Positions 9,237-18,636 of a stretch of DNA of 64,000 nt are shown here, in pieces. Both the position numbers and the translations under genes were made by a program. Position 1 is the stretch's first letter. Every line of letters starts with the position of its first letter. Source of the stretch: an uncultured archaeon (lineage in GTDB: Archaea > Asgardarchaeota > Thorarchaeia > Thorarchaeales > Thorarchaeaceae); the NCBI GenBank assembly GCA_964631415.1, contig CAZVZC010000001.1, positions 4,638 through 68,637 on the forward strand, read 5' to 3'. Under the pieces are notes generated by a model. It worked only from the letters and a program-made list of their open reading frames with translations. It was not told the origin of the DNA and did no database searches.

Positions 9237-9599
9237 ATGGTTAGATCTGGACCGACAGACCCCAATACGCGCGCCCTGATCAACGCGCTGAAGAAGATCT
9301 CGACCAAGCACGACGCTAGGATATGGAGGCGGGTTGCCGAACTGCTCTCTCGCCCCACGAGGCAGCGTGCAGCAGTCAATGTAGGTAAGATTGGACGTTA
9401 TACGCAGGATGGCGATGTTGTTGTCATACCTGGAAAAGTGCTGGGTTCCGGCAGTATATCGCACAAGGTCACTGTTGCTGCACTGAACTCCTCCGCTTCT
9501 GCTAGGTCAGTCATAGTTGGTGCAGGTGGTTCATTGATATCAATTGATGAGCTTCTCGACAAGATTCCCAAGGGGACTGGAATCACAATCATTACATGA
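9237..9599 (+). CDS. rpl18e: 50S ribosomal protein eL18
   Basis: IWRRVAELL, VNVGKI, PGKVLGSG. Confidence 0.95.
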   Translation: MVRSGPTDPNTRALINALKKISTKHDARIWRRVAELLSRPTRQRAAVNVGKIGRYTQDGDVVVIPGKVLGSGSISHKVTVAALNSSASARSVIVGAGGSLISIDELLDKIPKGTGITIIT

Positions 9600-9610
9600 A
9601 GGTGGCTTTG

Positions 9611-10063
9611 ATGAGTGAACAAACTGTAACAGTCTTTGATGCGGACGGCATGATTGCAGGACGCCTGGGGGCAATAGTGGCGAAGGCCATCCTCCTAGGA
9701 AATCATGTTGTGGTTGTGAATATCGAGAAGGCCATCATAACGGGAGACAGGAAGACAGTAATCGACGCTTACAAGACGAAGAGAAAGATTAGGAACTCAG
9801 CAAACCCGACTAAGGGTCCGTTTCATGAAAAACGCCCTGACAAGATGTTTCGCAGAATGGTACGAGGCATGCTGCCGTGGTCCACACCACGTGCTAGGGC
9901 TGCATACAAGCGAGTCCATGTCTTCATTGGCGTTCCAGAGGAGTTCACAGGAAAGGAGAAGACGGTTCTCGAAGACTCACGGTACAAGAGCCCTAGGCGG
10001 AAGCACGTGACGATAGGAGATTTGAGTCATGAGCTAGGCTGGACTGGTCTGGAGGTGGCATGA
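9611..10063 (+). CDS. rpl13: 50S ribosomal protein uL13
   Basis: DADGMIAGRL, GPFHEKRPD, RRMVRGMLP. Confidence 0.95.
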   Translation: MSEQTVTVFDADGMIAGRLGAIVAKAILLGNHVVVVNIEKAIITGDRKTVIDAYKTKRKIRNSANPTKGPFHEKRPDKMFRRMVRGMLPWSTPRARAAYKRVHVFIGVPEEFTGKEKTVLEDSRYKSPRRKHVTIGDLSHELGWTGLEVA

Positions 10064-10064
10064 A

Positions 10065-10463
10065 GTGCGTATTGTCGTAACCGCTGGTAAGAGAAAGACA
10101 TCATTGGCAAAGGCCACCATAAAGAGTGGCAGTGGCCGAATTAGGGTGAACGGAGGACCGCTTGAGATAGTCGAGCCCGAGATTGCACGGCTAAGGATAC
10201 AGGAACCGCTGATCCTGTTCGGTGAGGGCTGGAAAAAGTACGACATCCGGGTCAGTGTTCGTGGCGGTGGTTTCATGAGTCAGGCAGATGCGGTCCGAAT
10301 GTCCATAGCCACGTGTCTAATAGAGATGAGTCAAGACTTTGAGGCCCGCTCGAGAATGGTCGAGCACGACAGGACAATGCTCGTTGGCGATCCTCGCCGC
10401 ACTGAACCAAAGAAGTTTGGTGGGCCCTCGGCGAGATCTCGTTTCCAGAAGTCATACAGGTGA
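10065..10463 (+). CDS. rps9: 30S ribosomal protein uS9
   Basis: GKRKT, VRGGG, EPKKFGGPSARSRFQKSYR. Confidence 0.97.
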   Translation: MRIVVTAGKRKTSLAKATIKSGSGRIRVNGGPLEIVEPEIARLRIQEPLILFGEGWKKYDIRVSVRGGGFMSQADAVRMSIATCLIEMSQDFEARSRMVEHDRTMLVGDPRRTEPKKFGGPSARSRFQKSYR

Positions 10464-10475
10464 TGTGTTCACAAG

Positions 10476-10691
10476 ATGATAATCCCAGTAAGATGCTTCA
10501 CATGTGGAAAGGTTGTGGCCGACAAGTACGAACAGTTCAAGCGAGAAGTCCGACAAGGCGAGGACCCGGCGGTTGTACTGGACAGGCTCGGCCTTCATCG
10601 CTATTGCTGCAGGAGGATGCTCCTGTCCCATGTTGACATAATTGACAGCTTCATGGCATTCTCAACAGCTGAATCAACGGAGGCCAAGTAG
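10476..10691 (+). CDS. rpoN: RNA polymerase subunit Rpo10 (N)
   Basis: [12 protein letters not shown]...RYCCRRM. Confidence 0.97.
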   Translation: MIIPVRCFTCGKVVADKYEQFKREVRQGEDPAVVLDRLGLHRYCCRRMLLSHVDIIDSFMAFSTAESTEAK

Positions 10692-10693
10692 TC

Positions 10694-11329
10694 ATGAGTG
10701 AAGGAAATGTAGCTGAGATTGAGCTGCTGACACCTATGGACAAGTACCTTGCTGCAGGTTGCCATATAGGAACACAGGTCAAGACGCAGGACATGGAGCC
10801 GTTTGTTTACAGGCAGAGACCAATCGGTCTATACGTCTTGGATGTCAGGAAGACCGACGAGCGAATCCGGGTCGCTGGCAAGTTCATCAATCGATTCAAT
10901 GCTGACCGAGTTGTCGCTGTTTCGGGACGTGTCTATGGTAAGAGGCCAGTCGAATCATTTGCCAACTACATCGGAGCACACGCTTTCACTGAGCGCTTTG
11001 TTCCGGGCACACTGACCAATCCGAACATCTCAGGTCCCCGAACATACGTGGAACCGGAACTCTTGGTCCTGACCGACCCTCGTACTGACCAGCAAGCGTT
11101 GTCTGAAGCAGCCAGAATTGGCATCCCAGTAATCGCGCTCTGCGATACAGACAATGTGACTGCCAATATTGACCTCGTTATTCCGTCCAACAACCGTGGG
11201 CGAAAGGCATTGGCACTCGTCTACTATCTAATCACAAAGCAAGTGCTTAGAGAGCGCGGTGATCTGACCGGTGATGCTGAGCCCTCCTTTACACCGGACG
11301 ACTTTGAGCCTCAGGTACAGCGGATTTAG
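10694..11329 (+). CDS. rps2: 30S ribosomal protein uS2
   Basis: YLAAGCHIG, RFVPGTLTNP, IPSNNRG. Confidence 0.96.
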   Translation: MSEGNVAEIELLTPMDKYLAAGCHIGTQVKTQDMEPFVYRQRPIGLYVLDVRKTDERIRVAGKFINRFNADRVVAVSGRVYGKRPVESFANYIGAHAFTERFVPGTLTNPNISGPRTYVEPELLVLTDPRTDQQALSEAARIGIPVIALCDTDNVTANIDLVIPSNNRGRKALALVYYLITKQVLRERGDLTGDAEPSFTPDDFEPQVQRI

Positions 11330-11341
11330 ACCTATGGTCTA

Positions 11342-11734
11342 TCAGTCCCGCGTAGAAACGATGCCACGATCCGCATCCACATCTACCCGTTGGCCTGTAT
11401 GCAGTCTTTCAATCTCTATCTGGTCAACTGCTGGAATCTCTGAGATGATACAGCCAACAGCAACGACAGGATCAACCGTCTTGTTGATGATTGCGGCGGG
11501 TGCCCTGCCTGTCTTCTTCAGGGCATAGAGCACATACGAGCCAACTGTGGAACCCTTACCCGTCGGAAAGACCAGGACTTTGCCGGAAACGGACTTTCCC
11601 TCGAGTTGATGCCCTTTCTCAACGATTACACCAGTTTCAGGATCACAGCCGCCATAGAACGAAACATCTTGGGTGGTCACTAAAGCCTCTCCTGAAACCT
11701 TGCCCCTGAATACCTTTCTCCCGGAGAGCTTCAT
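11342..11734 (-). CDS. Phosphomevalonate dehydratase small subunit (AcnX swiveling domain, DUF126)
   Basis: SFYGGCDPETG, LVFPTGKGSTVGSY; ATGA overlap with the large subunit. Confidence 0.9.
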   Translation of the reverse strand: MKLSGRKVFRGKVSGEALVTTQDVSFYGGCDPETGVIVEKGHQLEGKSVSGKVLVFPTGKGSTVGSYVLYALKKTGRAPAAIINKTVDPVVAVGCIISEIPAVDQIEIERLHTGQRVDVDADRGIVSTRD

Positions 11735-12915
11735 ACGACCGCTTCCCTGATGCACTGTTCGACCGTCCTTATCTCGGTCTTGAACTTGTTCTTTCCGCGC
11801 GCATAGAAGCATGCCTTTGCGGAATCGGTCATCAAACCCTTGAAGCGTCCCTTCAATGGCGCAACTGCACAGCAGGCGTCGCTTACGAGAAACGCACCCG
11901 ACCTCTCAATCTTGTCATAGTAACCCATCTTGACTGCCAAGTCTTTCGTAGGCCGGGCTGTCGTTATCCACACGGTCTTCCCATTCTTCACAGTCTTCCC
12001 ATCCAGCATTGTCGCTATCTGGGCTATCTCTCCTATGCTCGCATGCGGACATCCAATGCTGATGAAGTCGATTTCTGCACCCTCATCATCCAGCTTCTCA
12101 CGAGCCTTCTCTAGATCTTCCTGAACCACGACCTCTGTCTTCTCAGGTATTGCTGTCCTGCTGGGAGTGATTCCCTCCATGTGAAACATGGCAACACCTC
12201 CATAGGTCGCCGCTGACGCACAGAAGGACTTCAGGTCTTCAGTTGTCGCTTTTGAGATTCCAGTGATGAATGGTATCGCCTTGTTCGTTCGCTCACCAAT
12301 CACTTGGCCCAGTAGTCCAAAGTCGTCAGTTCCTCTGAGGTTTGCTCTGACTTCATACTTGACCTCTGCCACCCTGTTCTCGTCGAGATGAAACCCATAC
12401 TCAGCCGTCAGGCCCGTGAGTGCAGCAGCAAGGGCACTCGGTCCCCCCTCTCTGTTAGTCCTTGCACCGATGACCGAATTGGCGAAGCACACAGCAGAGG
12501 ACTCGGCCCATGCGATATGCTCACCATAATGCGGGAGGTTGCCGACCAAATATGGCGTGCATGTGCAGGTGGTCATCACTCCCATCTTAGCAAAGGCATC
12601 CACGACTCTTTCTTGGTTCTTTGCGAAGTCGGAACTGATACCGTGCTTTTCCCAGTCCTCAAGGTCCATACCTGCAGGATTGAGCGTCGTCAGTACTCTG
12701 ACTCGCCCATCCGCCGCCATATCCGACAGAAACTCGAGACCTGGCTCGCCGAGGTTGTCATATGAAACGCCGGCAATCTGAACACTCGATATAGGTATCA
12801 GTCGCTTTGCTCCATATATCTCACCAAGCAATGTGATTATCTCCATTGCCTTACGGGTTGCCTTGCCACGTTTTCCATCAAGCATCGCTCTTTCTTCCGG
12901 CTTCAGCTCAAGCAT
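11731..12915 (-). CDS. Phosphomevalonate dehydratase large subunit (AcnX, DUF521)
   Basis: TTLNP, CTCTPY, AWAESSAV, GARTNREGG, IGCPH, TDSAKAC. Confidence 0.9.
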   Translation of the reverse strand: MLELKPEERAMLDGKRGKATRKAMEIITLLGEIYGAKRLIPISSVQIAGVSYDNLGEPGLEFLSDMAADGRVRVLTTLNPAGMDLEDWEKHGISSDFAKNQERVVDAFAKMGVMTTCTCTPYLVGNLPHYGEHIAWAESSAVCFANSVIGARTNREGGPSALAAALTGLTAEYGFHLDENRVAEVKYEVRANLRGTDDFGLLGQVIGERTNKAIPFITGISKATTEDLKSFCASAATYGGVAMFHMEGITPSRTAIPEKTEVVVQEDLEKAREKLDDEGAEIDFISIGCPHASIGEIAQIATMLDGKTVKNGKTVWITTARPTKDLAVKMGYYDKIERSGAFLVSDACCAVAPLKGRFKGLMTDSAKACFYARGKNKFKTEIRTVEQCIREAVV

Positions 12916-12919
12916 CTTG

Positions 12920-14227
12920 TCAGTCCTCCAAGAAGCGCTTCAAGTCCACCTTGGGGAACTCTGCTTTCTCGAACCCCTTTCCTTTTGTTTCTAGAGCCTT
13001 CGTACAATCAAAGCCAATCTTGGTCGTCATCTTTGTGCCAGGTTCGGCACTAGGATCGAGCGAGCTTCCCGGCTCCCGTGCCTTTACATGCATACTCTTG
13101 TCGCCTTGGAAGCGGGTCGCCATCGCCCACTCTCTCTCTTGCTCGTTGTAGATGTCAATGTCTTCATCGTAGACCCAGACATGTTTCGCACTTGTATGCC
13201 CTGCAAATGCTCCCTCAATCGCCTTCAGGCCGTCGTCTGCATTCTTCTTCCTTATCTTCACAGCGACATGAAGCCAGCTTGCACCGCCCGGGGTAATGCT
13301 GGTGTCAAGGACTTCCACCCCACGTTCCTTGACCTTCCTGTAGACCGTAGGTTCTCGGGGCATCCCCATGAGTATCTTATGTTCCAGACGTCCTGGAAGC
13401 AACGCCTGCCAGATAGCTGTCTTCCTGTGGGTGACCTTTTTCACTTCGAAGACTGGCTCTTGTCGTACCACATCCACTGTCTCAGTCAGGTCTATGAATG
13501 GCCCCTCGGAATGTCTTTCCTTCTGAAACACCCTGCCTTCGAGCACAAACTCACAGTCCGCAGGTATCGTCAAGTTCACCGTCTTTGCCTTTGTGACCTT
13601 GATTGGCTTCAGAGCATTGGCTATATACAACTCATCGACACCCGTTTCCACTGATGTCGCTGCAGCGACGAGAACTTCTGGTGTGTTACCAATACAAAAC
13701 GCGACATCGACTTCTCCATTCTTCTCAAGGAACTTGTGAAAGTCGCGTCCGGTGACAACTCTCACTGCCATGTGATTCTTGTCGATTTGCATCGCTCTGT
13801 GGAAATCTAGGTTCTGTCCATACTCGGGGTCAACAGAAACGACAACGGCAGAAGAAACGTAGGGCCCCCCATCAATCACGTTGTGCAAGAGTATGGGCAG
13901 TCGATCCAAGTCCACAACACTCTCAACAACCTCCTGACATGGTGCCGTCTTTGCCTTCTCCGGAGGGCTTCGATGTTCTATTGCATTAGCCAGAATGGGT
14001 ATCATCTGGTCAGGTCTGATGCCAAAATAGTCTGCAATCTGTGTCTTGGTACAGAACAGATTGCCGGCGACGCGATACGCAGCCTCTTTCACGCTCTCAA
14101 ACAGCACGGGTGTAGGTTCTAGAGCCTTCAGAAGCCCAGCTATCTCTAATCTCTTCGAGATGGGCTTGCGTATCGTCTTGAGTATGCCTTGTGTAGCTAG
14201 CTTCTTGATGTAGTCTTCCAGAATCAT
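12920..14227 (-). CDS. UbiD-family prFMN decarboxylase (probable trans-anhydromevalonate-5-phosphate decarboxylase)
   Basis: DGGPY, EFVLEG, EGPF, WAMATRFQ, GSSLDPS, KIGFDCT; context with mvk and AcnX. Confidence 0.88.
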   Translation of the reverse strand: MILEDYIKKLATQGILKTIRKPISKRLEIAGLLKALEPTPVLFESVKEAAYRVAGNLFCTKTQIADYFGIRPDQMIPILANAIEHRSPPEKAKTAPCQEVVESVVDLDRLPILLHNVIDGGPYVSSAVVVSVDPEYGQNLDFHRAMQIDKNHMAVRVVTGRDFHKFLEKNGEVDVAFCIGNTPEVLVAAATSVETGVDELYIANALKPIKVTKAKTVNLTIPADCEFVLEGRVFQKERHSEGPFIDLTETVDVVRQEPVFEVKKVTHRKTAIWQALLPGRLEHKILMGMPREPTVYRKVKERGVEVLDTSITPGGASWLHVAVKIRKKNADDGLKAIEGAFAGHTSAKHVWVYDEDIDIYNEQEREWAMATRFQGDKSMHVKAREPGSSLDPSAEPGTKMTTKIGFDCTKALETKGKGFEKAEFPKVDLKRFLED

Positions 14228-14243
14228 GTCAGTGCAACTCCAT

Positions 14244-15185
14244 TCACTGTCCGAAGGTTGTCTTCCAGACCGCAGTGGCTCCTGTCTTTTGTAGCGCCTC
14301 TGCGACTTGATCAGTGGTGCGCTTGTCAGGGGCAAGAGATATCATCAATCCTCCTCTCCCGGTCCCGGTCAGCTTCGCACCCAATGCACCATTCCGCAGT
14401 GCTTCTTGTATCAAGGTTTCAAGTTCCGGGCAGGACACAGTCAGCAAACGCAGCATCTCCTGATTCTTGTTCATGAGCTGGCCTGTCTTCTTCAGGTCAA
14501 TACGAAGCAGAGCCTCACGGGCTTCTCTTACGAGAGCCTTGTACTCCTCCACGATGGAGTCAAACCATTTTGGATCGGCATTCTTCTTTGCTGCCACATC
14601 ATCGACGACTTTCTTGGTACTTGCAGTCAGTCCCGTAGACCCAATGACCAATCCAACCTGCTTCTTGAGCTTCAGCTTCTCAAACACGGGCGCACCACCC
14701 GCAGGATCTCTCACGTACCAGATTAGCCCTCCGAAGGTTGATGCGGTATTGTCTATTCCTGAGGGTGTTCCATGATAGCCTTTCTCACCCTCGTAGGCGG
14801 CTTCGTTGATCTGGTCCGCAGTCAAACCCAGCTGGAATTCTGCGTTCAGTGCCCGGGCTAGGGCAACACAGTTGGCAGCACTAGCTCCAATGCCAGATGC
14901 AGCTACCAAGTTTCCTCCGAGTTTGATGCGGACTCCTCTCTTGGAGAGATCCAGATCCAGATAGCGGATGACCTTGTCAGTCGAAACTTTCTGTTCCTCT
15001 GCCTTTTCCACCTTGTAGCCTGGCGTTTCTGGTCTCAGGTCTTCAATAGACCAACCTGGCGTGTCTGTCCTTGTTACTTCCGCAGTGGTTTCCGCGGCAA
15101 TGCCTGCTGCGACTGCAGGGAGCCCATACACTACAAAGTGCTCGCCAAACAGAATGACCTTTCCCTTGCCGGAACCCTGACCCAA
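14244..15185 (-). CDS. mvk: Mevalonate kinase
   Basis: GKVILFGEHFVVYG, GIGASAA, HGTPSGIDN, GAKLTGTGRGG; TTG start. Confidence 0.93.
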   Translation of the reverse strand: MGQGSGKGKVILFGEHFVVYGLPAVAAGIAAETTAEVTRTDTPGWSIEDLRPETPGYKVEKAEEQKVSTDKVIRYLDLDLSKRGVRIKLGGNLVAASGIGASAANCVALARALNAEFQLGLTADQINEAAYEGEKGYHGTPSGIDNTASTFGGLIWYVRDPAGGAPVFEKLKLKKQVGLVIGSTGLTASTKKVVDDVAAKKNADPKWFDSIVEEYKALVREAREALLRIDLKKTGQLMNKNQEMLRLLTVSCPELETLIQEALRNGALGAKLTGTGRGGLMISLAPDKRTTDQVAEALQKTGATAVWKTTFGQ

Positions 15186-15371
15186 TTCTCTCTCATCCTG
15201 CGGTTTAGTTTCGGCGCTTGCCTTTCGCTACTTTTGAACTTATTCTTCGGCATTATGCCATGCGACATTGAACGATTGATTTCAAGAAGCGGAGTGTGAG
15301 TATGATACTAGGTTATCGGTTTCATTGTGCCCGTAAGAGTGGGACGCACCCCACCATGCAGAAAAAGGTCG

Positions 15372-15510
15372 TGGTGGGCCGGGCCGGATTTCTCGGCCAA
15401 GAGCTGGGAATCAACTCCTGCGAACCGGCGGCCTCTTGGTTTTGCGCTCGTGGGCCGCAAGGCCACCGAGTCCCGAACCAAGAATCATAGCCAAGCTAGA
15501 CTACCGACCC
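15372..15510 (-). tRNA. tRNA-Pro(CGG) with two introns (37/38: 15441-15471; 56/57: 15392-15421), CCA encoded
   Basis: Acceptor GGGTCGG/CCGGCCC-A-CCA; anticodon stem CTTGG/CCAAG with loop TTCGGGA; T-stem GCCGG/CCGGC; BHB-like junctions. Confidence 0.9.
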
Positions 15511-15536
15511 ATGCCAAGGTGGACTCATGGTGGGAG

Positions 15537-16400
15537 TCATTTAATGGTTTCGTTCGACTGTGCCTGCAGAAACTCAACCGAGCCAAGGAAAACCCCATCA
15601 ATACTATAGACCTCGGACCTAGGAAGGTCGACACATCCACTTTCAAACAGAGGTCCCTGCAACTTGGCACCCTGTTGGTTGAGTGGAAGTCCTGTGATTA
15701 GTGTGTTGAAGCTTGGGAGAGTTATCAGGACCCCTTCGGAATCTTCATGATCCTGAGGAATGCCGATGTTCTCTCGAAGGCAGTCCTTGTTCAATCTCGA
15801 ACGGAGTATGACTGGCAGTGGTCCAGCATATCTTCTTCGAGTCTGTCTGCCGGGCAACCGCGCTGACACTACTCTTGTTCGTGTCAGGCTAGGGTGACTG
15901 TGCCCAATCACAATTAACCGCGAATGTAAGACCTCTGCTGACGGCCATGCATGACCATGGACTAGTCCAATGGAGCAATCGTCAGTTTCACAAAGTACAA
16001 CTCCTCTCACATCTGCCACTATGATATTCCTAGGCAGCAAGCTCTCAATCGCACCATCATGATTGCCAGGAATCAGAATCACATCAGTGTTCTCTGATAG
16101 TTGTGTCATGAAGTCCGGGATAGTCTGCCAGTTGAAGGTGCTGTCAGGGGAGATTGTGTGTTTCAAATCACCTATGATATAGAGTGCAGAAACCGAGTGC
16201 TTCTTGATCATGGTTTTGAGTTTCTTGAGCATTGACAGGTGTTCCGACGGGAATGACACACCACTGAGCTTGGACAGTTCGTCATGGAAACCCAAATGTA
16301 TATCGGACACTAGGAGTGCAGTGAGTGTATCAGTGTGCACTACCAAGCAGCCATTATCAAAGACTGTTTCCATCGATGTGCTGTGTGGATTCCGGAGCAT
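15537..16400 (-). CDS. Calcineurin-like metallophosphoesterase
   Basis: SDIHLG, GDLKH, GNHD, HGH, GHSHP, PSFN. Confidence 0.9.
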   Translation of the reverse strand: MLRNPHSTSMETVFDNGCLVVHTDTLTALLVSDIHLGFHDELSKLSGVSFPSEHLSMLKKLKTMIKKHSVSALYIIGDLKHTISPDSTFNWQTIPDFMTQLSENTDVILIPGNHDGAIESLLPRNIIVADVRGVVLCETDDCSIGLVHGHAWPSAEVLHSRLIVIGHSHPSLTRTRVVSARLPGRQTRRRYAGPLPVILRSRLNKDCLRENIGIPQDHEDSEGVLITLPSFNTLITGLPLNQQGAKLQGPLFESGCVDLPRSEVYSIDGVFLGSVEFLQAQSNETIK

Positions 16401-16436
16401 TTTAACATCGTCATGTAAAGAGGCCCGTGATTAGAG

Positions 16437-16823
16437 ATGGTCCTGAGTGCTCACGAGGTTGGACTCCTTGCTCGAGAGGAGTTGACGCAGGCCGACATCC
16501 AGTACTTCAGAGGTAAGTATGGTATGCGGTTCATGAGGGCATTGCGAGCAGTCGAAGAAGGACGCGTCGTCAAGTATCTTTTCAAGCCAAGTGGACTCAC
16601 TGCATGGGTCGTTCGAGGTGTCAAACGCGAGTACCTCGTGATTCCAGAGAACTACTGCAGCTGTAGAAGCTTCTACCAGTCGGTCGTTATTGCAAGGGAG
16701 GTTGACACTTGTTACCACATACTTGCACAGAAGATTGCAGAAGTCAAGGGGTCCTACGAAACAATCGATTCGACAGATGGTGAAAGAAGGAAGATGCATA
16801 TTGTATGGAGAAGGACTGACTAG
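16437..16823 (+). CDS. SWIM zinc-finger protein
   Basis: YCSCRSF...CYHILA (CxC-xn-CxH). Confidence 0.82.
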   Translation: MVLSAHEVGLLAREELTQADIQYFRGKYGMRFMRALRAVEEGRVVKYLFKPSGLTAWVVRGVKREYLVIPENYCSCRSFYQSVVIAREVDTCYHILAQKIAEVKGSYETIDSTDGERRKMHIVWRRTD

Positions 16824-16912
16824 ACGGTCCTACAGGCACGCCCCCTGAGGATAACTTTAAAAAACGCCCTCTGATGACGCTGGCCATCTAAGCACCTAGG
16901 TCGAACTGAGCA

Positions 16913-18007
16913 ATGCTGCGGCTTGATAACATGTTCAAAATCTGTACGGCCGTGATTACGCTCATGGTTGTCTTTTCGTGTCTAGAATCAACCGCAAGCG
17001 CTCAGGCCCCCCTTGATCCAGTCGTTATCCTATACGATGCCTCTCACGGACCACAGTTTGCAGCGGATGACGCCGACAAGGGGCTCAAGCTGATGCTTGA
17101 CATGGTCAATGCATCAACAAGATACGTAGTCCGCGTTAACGAGGCTTCTCCTATCAATGACACCATACTGAAGGATGTAGACGTCCTAATCCTTGCGTCT
17201 CCCGACCGGACTTATGAGTTCGCCAAATCGGAAGCTATGTCGGTCGTAGAGATGCTGAACAACGGCAGTTCATTGATGATACTTGGTGATCCCAACATAG
17301 ACTCGAACTCCACGTATTGGGCTGGTGAGCAGCCCTTCCAAGACTTGGGAGACAACATTGCAGTCAACCGCCTCTTGGACCTGCTAAACATCACTGGTGT
17401 TAGGTTCAGTATCAACGCGACCGGCGGGGACAACTTCTGGGCCGACACAATGTTTGACTATGACCGCGCCTTGAACAACACATATCCTTGGGTGATGCGG
17501 CTTGATCCCACGACATGGGACTCAAGTCATCCTATCTTCAAAGACATCAACGAACTGATTCTGATGACCGCTACCCTAAAGCCAGTGTCCCTAGTGAGTT
17601 CGATTGCACGAGGTGCGAAGACCTCATTTGCTCAGTTTAGAAAGGGTCCTAACACGTTCGCTAACATATCCTTCCCAAACATGAGCCTGACCGAGTTTGA
17701 CGAACGCCCACTCTCTTATTCAGCAATCAACGGCACACTCCCACCGTGGCTCTCAGCCTTTGAGTACAACAACAGCAGGATTGTGATATCGGGCTCCACA
17801 ATCATGTTCACAGGGCGTCTTCTTGATATGTATAATGCCGAGCTCAAATGGTTCTATGCGGCAGACAATTCCCGGCTCTTTATGAACATGCTGAGCTGGC
17901 TTTCCGAGGACTTCGTAGAAGCCGAAACAGCTGTCGTGCCGATGCTGTTGATCTCGTCCGCGATCCTTGTAATCGGTGTTGTCCTGTATCTAGCCAAGAA
18001 GAGGTAG
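16913..18007 (+). CDS. Type I membrane protein with GIFT/GATase1-like ectodomain (WBP1/OST48- or IFT52-like)
   Basis: Signal peptide, ILYDASHG, DVLILASP, GSSLMILGD, NNSRIVISGS...DNSRLFMNMLSWL, C-terminal TM then KKR; many N-x-S/T sequons. Confidence 0.7.
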   Translation: MLRLDNMFKICTAVITLMVVFSCLESTASAQAPLDPVVILYDASHGPQFAADDADKGLKLMLDMVNASTRYVVRVNEASPINDTILKDVDVLILASPDRTYEFAKSEAMSVVEMLNNGSSLMILGDPNIDSNSTYWAGEQPFQDLGDNIAVNRLLDLLNITGVRFSINATGGDNFWADTMFDYDRALNNTYPWVMRLDPTTWDSSHPIFKDINELILMTATLKPVSLVSSIARGAKTSFAQFRKGPNTFANISFPNMSLTEFDERPLSYSAINGTLPPWLSAFEYNNSRIVISGSTIMFTGRLLDMYNAELKWFYAADNSRLFMNMLSWLSEDFVEAETAVVPMLLISSAILVIGVVLYLAKKR

Positions 18008-18021
18008 AATGCGGAAGACGC

Positions 18022-18636
18022 TCACCAAGTGGGTATCTGTAAGCCCTCCGCCTGTAGAACCCTCTCTATCTCTCCTCTGAGCTCATCGATGTTCGTCCGC
18101 TGCTTAGCTGAGAGAGGGACAATCACCGGGGCAGGTTTCCTCTGCGGAAGCTTGTCATGGAGATACTCAATCTCCACTGCTCTGTTGCCACTCGGCAGCT
18201 TGTCAATCTTGTTAGCGACTACTATGACGTGTTGAGATATCTCAGAAAGGAAGGTATAGAATTCCACATCAATCGGGATTTCTCCCTTGTTCTCCCACCT
18301 CTCGACCAGCTCTCGGAACAGCGAGATGTCTATGATGAGTACCGCCAAGACTAGGCGACTGCTCCAAGCTTCAAGCTTCTGCACGAGTGCAGTCTTTGCT
18401 CGCTCAATGGCCTTCTTCCCCTGTCCAGCCATGTGGCCAAAGCCCGGAGTGTCCACAAAGAGCACGGCTCCGAGATCAATGCTCTTCTCCCATCGTGTGG
18501 TCCCCGGACGCTTGCCCACCTTGAGCTTTCTGCCTGTGAGTGCTCTCATTACACTGCTCTTGCCCACGTTGCTTCGCCCAGCGAATACGACCATGGGTTT
18601 CTGCTTCTCACTCCCAGAATGGTCTTGTTCTAGCAT
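18022..18636 (-). CDS. engB: EngB/YihA-family GTPase
   Basis: GRSNVGKSS, PGTT, DTPGFG, NKID, SAK. Confidence 0.9.
   Translation of the reverse strand: MLEQDHSGSEKQKPMVVFAGRSNVGKSSVMRALTGRKLKVGKRPGTTRWEKSIDLGAVLFVDTPGFGHMAGQGKKAIERAKTALVQKLEAWSSRLVLAVLIIDISLFRELVERWENKGEIPIDVEFYTFLSEISQHVIVVANKIDKLPSGNRAVEIEYLHDKLPQRKPAPVIVPLSAKQRTNIDELRGEIERVLQAEGLQIPTW

Noticed and set aside
15296-15701. Plus-strand ORFs 15296..15490 and 15327..15701
   Set aside because: Antisense to tRNA-Pro and the metallophosphoesterase gene; no recognisable motifs
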